DNA of 64,000 nucleotides, taken from the IMG/VR virus record IMGVR_UViG_3300042305_001483. The stretch is one strand, 5' to 3'. Made by a program: the position numbers and the translations under genes. Positions 59,402-64,000 of this stretch are shown here, in pieces. How positions within the stretch are numbered: the first letter of the stretch is position 1; each line of letters opens with the position of its first letter. A model generated the notes under the pieces. That model was not told the DNA's origin. It was given only the letters and a program-made list of their open reading frames with translations, and did not search any database. Source of the stretch: a virus.

Positions 59402-62400
59402 GATTTGCTTTCTGGGAATTAGTTAAGTGGAATACGGAATTTATCACGTATTACAATGTAGTTACACAATATGATGAAATTACTGCTGTTTCAACAAACT
59501 ATGAAGAACTAACCCTTGCAAATACCAATATTTTGGCTACGACAAATTGGCTCGTAACCACAAATTATTCTGAAAATACAATTTACGATGAAATAACGGT
59601 AGTTAATACTAACATACCGGCTATAACAAATTATCTTGTTAATACTTTATATAATGAAAATACTGTCTATGATGAAATCTCTGCTGTAGATGAAAACACC
59701 ATAGTTGTAACTAATTATTTAGATACAACTGTGTATGACGAAACAACTAACATTGCTGCAACAACAAATTATTTGGTCAACACTGCCTATGATGAACTAA
59801 CTGCTGCCACTGCTAACACAAATATCATTGTTACAACAAATTATAATGATACAACTGTGTATGACGAAACAACTAACATTGCTGCAACAACAAATTATTT
59901 GGTCAACACTGCCTATGAAGAACTAACTGCTGCCACTGCTAATACAAATATCATTGTCACAACAAATTATTCAGAGAACACTGTTTATGATGAAACAACA
60001 GTGGCTATCACTAATATTATTGCTTTAACTAACTATACCGAAAACACAGTATACGATGAAACAACAGCAATTGGTGCAACAACTAATTATGGAGAAGTAA
60101 CATCTTACAACGAGTTAACTGCTGCTACGGCCAATACTAATATCGTCGTTACTACAAATTACTCGGAAAACACAGTATACGATGAAACTACCGTGGTTAT
60201 AACTAACATTGGAGCCACAACTAATTATACTGAAAATACTGTTTATGACGAAACTACAGCAATTATCGCCACAACCAATTATGGAGAAGTTACTTCATAT
60301 GAAGAACTAACTGCGGCTACTGCTAATACAAATATCATCGTTACAACAAATTATTCAGAAAACACAGTATATGACGAAACAACAGTGGCTATCACTAATA
60401 TTATTGCATTAACTAATTACTCAGAAAACACAGTTTATGATGAAAATACTATAGCAATTACTAATATTGGGGCTTTAACTAACTACACCGAGAACACAGT
60501 ATACGATGAAACTACAGCAATTATCGCCACAACCAATTATGGAGAAGTTACTTCATATGAAGAACTAACTGCGGCTACTGCTAATACAAATATCATCGTT
60601 ACAACAAATTATTCAGAGAACACAGTATATGACGAAACTACAGTAGTTGTAACGAACATAGGAGCCACAACTAATTATTCAGAAAACACAGTATACGATG
60701 AAACTACAGCAATCATCGCCACAACCAATTATGGAGAAGTTACTTCATATGAAGAACTAACTGCGGCTACTGCTAATACAAATATCATCGTTACAACAAA
60801 TTATTCAGAGAACACAGTATATGACGAAACTACAGTAGTTATAACTAATATTGGGGCCACAACTAATTATTCAGAAAACACAGTATACGATGAAACAACA
60901 GTGGTTATAACCAATATCGGTGCTGTGACCAACTACACCGAAAACACAGTATACGATGAAACCACAGCAATTATCGCCACAACTAATTACGGAGAAGTTA
61001 CTTCATATGAGGAACTAACCGCTGCTACTGCTAATACTAATATCATCGTTACAACCAACTACTCAGAAAATACTGTCTATGATGAAACAACAGTAGTGGC
61101 AACTAGCATAGGGGCTGTGACCAACTACACTGAAAACACAGTATATGATGAAACCACAGCAATTGGTGCTACAACCAATTACGGAGAAGTAACATCTTAC
61201 AACGAGTTAACTGCTGCCACTGCTAATACAAACATTGTTGTCACTACAAATTATTCAGAAAATACTGTCTATGACGAAACTACGGTAGTTATAACTAATA
61301 TTGGGGCCACAACTAACTACACCGAGAACACAGTATACGATGAAACCACAGCAATTGGTGCTACAACCAATTACGGAGAAGTAACATCTTACGACGAGTT
61401 AACTGCTGCTACCGCTAACACAAATATCATCGTTACAACCAACTACTCGGAAAACACAGTATACGATGAAACTACGGTAGTTATAACTAATATTGGGGCC
61501 ACAACTAACTACACCGAGAACACAGTATACGATGAAACAACAGCAATTGGTGCTACAACCAATTACGGAGAAGTGACATCTTACGACGAGTTAACTGCTG
61601 CTACCGCTAACACAAATATCATCGTTACAACCAACTACTCGGAAAACACAGTATACGATGAAACTACGGTGGTTATAACAAACATAGGTGCTACAACTAA
61701 CTATTCAGAAAATACAGTATACGATGAAACAACAGCAATTGGTGCTACAACCAATTACGGAGAAGTGACATCTTACAACGAGTTAACTGCTGCTACTGCT
61801 AATACTAATATTATTGTCACCACAAATTACTCGGAAAACACAGTATACGATGAAACTACGGTGGTTATAACTAATATTGGAGCCACAACTAATTATTCAG
61901 AAAATACTGTTTATGATGAAACAACAGCAATTATTGCTACAACTAATTACGGAGAAGTTACTTCATATGAGGAACTGACTGCTGCTACTGCTAATACTAA
62001 TATCATCGTTACAACAAATTATTCAGAGAACACAGTATATGACGAAACAACAGTGGTAGAAACCAATATTGGGGCTATAACTAACTATACCGAAAATACT
62101 GTCTATGACGAAGCAACTGCCATTGCTGCTACAACTAATTATGGAGAAGTTACTTCATATGAAGAACTAACTGTTGCTACTGCTAATACAAATATCATTG
62201 TCACAACTAACTATTCAGAAAACACAGTATATGATGAAACAACCGCTATTGGCGCTACAACCAATTATGGAGAAGTTACTTCATATGAAGAACTAACTGC
62301 TGCCACGGCCAATACTAATATTGGGGTTACGACTAACTATTCAGAAAATACCGTTTACGATGAAACAACAACAATAGATGAAAATACTATTGCAGTAACC

Positions 62401-64000
62401 AACTGGCAAGTAAACACAGTTTATGATGAAGTAACTGTGTTTGACGAAAACTCTGCTGTAACAACTAATTATCAAGTCAACACTGTCTATGATGAAACAT
62501 CAGCAGTTGATGAAACAACTAACATTATTGCGATAACTGTTTATACTGAAAACACTGTGTTTAATGAAACAACTAATATTGGAGCAACAACTAATTTCCA
62601 AGTCAACACAGTTTACAATGAACTAACTGCTGCTACTGCTAACACTAACATTATTGTAACTACAAACTATCAAGAAAATACAGCATATAATGATACAACT
62701 TTGTATGATGAATCTACTAATGTTAACACATACATTTATCAAGATAATTATGTAGCATCTGGATACGTTGATGCAAACTATGTTGGCGGAGAAGAATTTG
62801 TAAATGAATCGACTATTTATATCACCAGTTATAATGAAATAACTCAATGGTCTGTAAATACAGTCTACAATGAAACATCGGCAGTTAATGAGACAACTAA
62901 TATTATTGCAACTACTAACTATTCAGAGAACACGGTATACAATGAAACAACAGCAATTGGTGCTACAACCAATATTCTTGCAACTACTAATTACAATGAA
63001 CTAACTGCTGCTACTGCTAACACTAACATTATTGTAACTACCAATTACTCAGAAAATACTGTTTATGATGAAACAACAGCGGTAACTACTAACATAGGTG
63101 CTACTACTAACTATTCAGAGAACACAGTATACGACGAAACTACAGTGGTTGAAACTAATATTGGAGCAACGACTAATTTCCAAGTCAACACTGTCTATGA
63201 CGAAACATCGGCTGTTGATGAAACGACCAATATCATTGCAATAACAAGTTATAACGATACAACTGTCTACGATGAAACATCTAACGTTGGAGCAACGACT
63301 AATTTCCAAGTCAACACTGTCTATGACGAAACATCGGCTGTTGATGAGACAACTAATATTATCGCAATTACCAGTTATAATGATACAACTGTCTACGACG
63401 AAACGACTAACGCTGGAGCAACGACAAACTACTTAGATACAACTGCCTATAACGAAACAACAACCATAGATGAAAATTCTGCGGTAACAACTAATTTCCA
63501 AGTCAACACCGTCTATGACGAAACTTCAGCAGTTGATGAAACAACCAATATTATTGCGGTAACTAGTTATAACGACACTACTGTCTACGATGAAACAACT
63601 AACGTTGGAGCAACAACTAATTTCCAAGTCAATACTGTCTATGACGAAGTCACTGCATTTGAAGAAAACTCTGCTGTAACTACAAACTATCAAGTCAATA
63701 CTGTCTATGACGAAACTTCAGCAGTTGATGAAACAACTAATATTATTGCGGTAACCAGTTACAATGATACCACGGTATATGATGAAACAACTAATGTTGG
63801 AGCAACAACTAATTATTTAGATACAACTGTCTATGACGAAGTCACTGCATTTGAAGAAAACTCTGCTGTAACTACAAACTATCAAGTCAATACTGTCTAT
63901 GACGAAACATCGGCAGTTGATGAAACGACTAATATTATTGCAGTAACCAGTTACAATGATACCACGATATATGATGAGACAACTAATGTTGGAGCAACAA
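59398..64000 (+). CDS. Very long Thr/Asn/Tyr/Glu-rich repeat protein (>1530 aa, runs off the window)
   Basis: Missing from the ORF track. ATG 59398 overlaps the upstream TGA (ATGA). Begins MRFAFWELVKWNTEFITYYNVVTQYDEIT; the frame is open in every line I checked, through to ...TTIYDETTNVGAT at the window end. Confidence 0.85.
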   Translation, partial: MRFAFWELVKWNTEFITYYNVVTQYDEITAVSTNYEELTLANTNILATTNWLVTTNYSENTIYDEITVVNTNIPAITNYLVNTLYNENTVYDEISAVDENTIVVTNYLDTTVYDETTNIAATTNYLVNTAYDELTAATANTNIIVTTNYNDTTVYDETTNIAATTNYLVNTAYEELTAATANTNIIVTTNYSENTVYDETTVAITNIIALTNYTENTVYDETTAIGATTNYGEVTSYNELTAATANTNIVVTTNYSENTVYDETTVVITNIGATTNYTENTVYDETTAIIATTNYGEVTSYEELTAATANTNIIVTTNYSENTVYDETTVAITNIIALTNYSENTVYDENTIAITNIGALTNYTENTVYDETTAIIATTNYGEVTSYEELTAATANTNIIVTTNYSENTVYDETTVVVTNIGATTNYSENTVYDETTAIIATTNYGEVTSYEELTAATANTNIIVTTNYSENTVYDETTVVITNIGATTNYSENTVYDETTVVITNIGAVTNYTENTVYDETTAIIATTNYGEVTSYEELTAATANTNIIVTTNYSENTVYDETTVVATSIGAVTNYTENTVYDETTAIGATTNYGEVTSYNELTAATANTNIVVTTNYSENTVYDETTVVITNIGATTNYTENTVYDETTAIGATTNYGEVTSYDELTAATANTNIIVTTNYSENTVYDETTVVITNIGATTNYTENTVYDETTAIGATTNYGEVTSYDELTAATANTNIIVTTNYSENTVYDETTVVITNIGATTNYSENTVYDETTAIGATTNYGEVTSYNELTAATANTNIIVTTNYSENTVYDETTVVITNIGATTNYSENTVYDETTAIIATTNYGEVTSYEELTAATANTNIIVTTNYSENTVYDETTVVETNIGAITNYTENTVYDEATAIAATTNYGEVTSYEELTVATANTNIIVTTNYSENTVYDETTAIGATTNYGEVTSYEELTAATANTNIGVTTNYSENTVYDETTTIDENTIAVTNWQVNTVYDEVTVFDENSAVTTNYQVNTVYDETSAVDETTNIIAITVYTENTVFNETTNIGATTNFQVNTVYNELTAATANTNIIVTTNYQENTAYNDTTLYDESTNVNTYIYQDNYVASGYVDANYVGGEEFVNESTIYITSYNEITQWSVNTVYNETSAVNETTNIIATTNYSENTVYNETTAIGATTNILATTNYNELTAATANTNIIVTTNYSENTVYDETTAVTTNIGATTNYSENTVYDETTVVETNIGATTNFQVNTVYDETSAVDETTNIIAITSYNDTTVYDETSNVGATTNFQVNTVYDETSAVDETTNIIAITSYNDTTVYDETTNAGATTNYLDTTAYNETTTIDENSAVTTNFQVNTVYDETSAVDETTNIIAVTSYNDTTVYDETTNVGATTNFQVNTVYDEVTAFEENSAVTTNYQVNTVYDETSAVDETTNIIAVTSYNDTTVYDETTNVGATTNYLDTTVYDEVTAFEENSAVTTNYQVNTVYDETSAVDETTNIIAVTSYNDTTIYDETTNVGAT
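59950..62370 (+). repeat. 192-bp higher-order repeat built from 72-, 66- and 54-bp subunits
   Basis: ggagaagt anchors at 60541, 60733, 60991, 61183, 61375, 61567, 61759, 61951 and 62143 (steps of 192, once 258 = 192+66). Confidence 0.9.

Noticed and set aside
36871-63309. Short minus-strand ORFs, including 45431-45922 and 38371-38766
   Set aside because: Antisense shadows of well-supported plus-strand genes; 45431-45922 also crosses a terminator and a promoter.
59398-64000. CRISPR array or DGR template in the terminal repeats
   Set aside because: The repeats are in-frame coding units with synonymous variation and no unique spacers; no cas or reverse transcriptase gene in the window.
1-64000. 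Stop-codon reassignment, tRNA genes, terminase, tail sheath or tube genes
   Set aside because: Long ORFs are intact in the standard code; no cloverleaf or matching motifs were recognised in this window.

Overview
A 64-kb stretch of an AT-rich (~30% GC by eye), T4-superfamily-like large myophage genome, probably a jumbo phage; the host cannot be determined. The standard genetic code reads all long ORFs. Layout: (i) a minus-strand baseplate/tail block, 1-27243 (gp10-like fragment, a 4573-aa wedge protein, gp6, gp25, gp5 with a GH19 domain, a hub-like protein, gp53, gp48/54-like), interrupted by a nitroreductase-family gene; (ii) a plus-strand block with sigma70-type promoters (late sigma gp55, gp47, a GT17 glycosyltransferase, gp46, a compact GIY-YIG nuclease), followed by a ~450-nt GC-rich, highly structured non-coding region; (iii) putative internal head proteins, a gp26/gp51-like chaperone pair joined by a -1 slippery site, tape measure, portal, prohead core, protease, scaffold and major capsid genes; (iv) fibre/appendage genes, ending in a >1530-codon Thr/Asn/Tyr/Glu repeat ORF that runs off the window and is missing from the ORF track. 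The strongest leads are the GIY-YIG-linked candidate ncRNA, five phycobiliprotein-like CxRD repeats (four spaced 160-171 aa apart) in a 1878-aa virion protein, the lambda G/GT-like -1 frameshift, and TAAATA-N5-ATG sites that imply leaderless late mRNAs. All product calls come from motif recognition by eye, not database searches.
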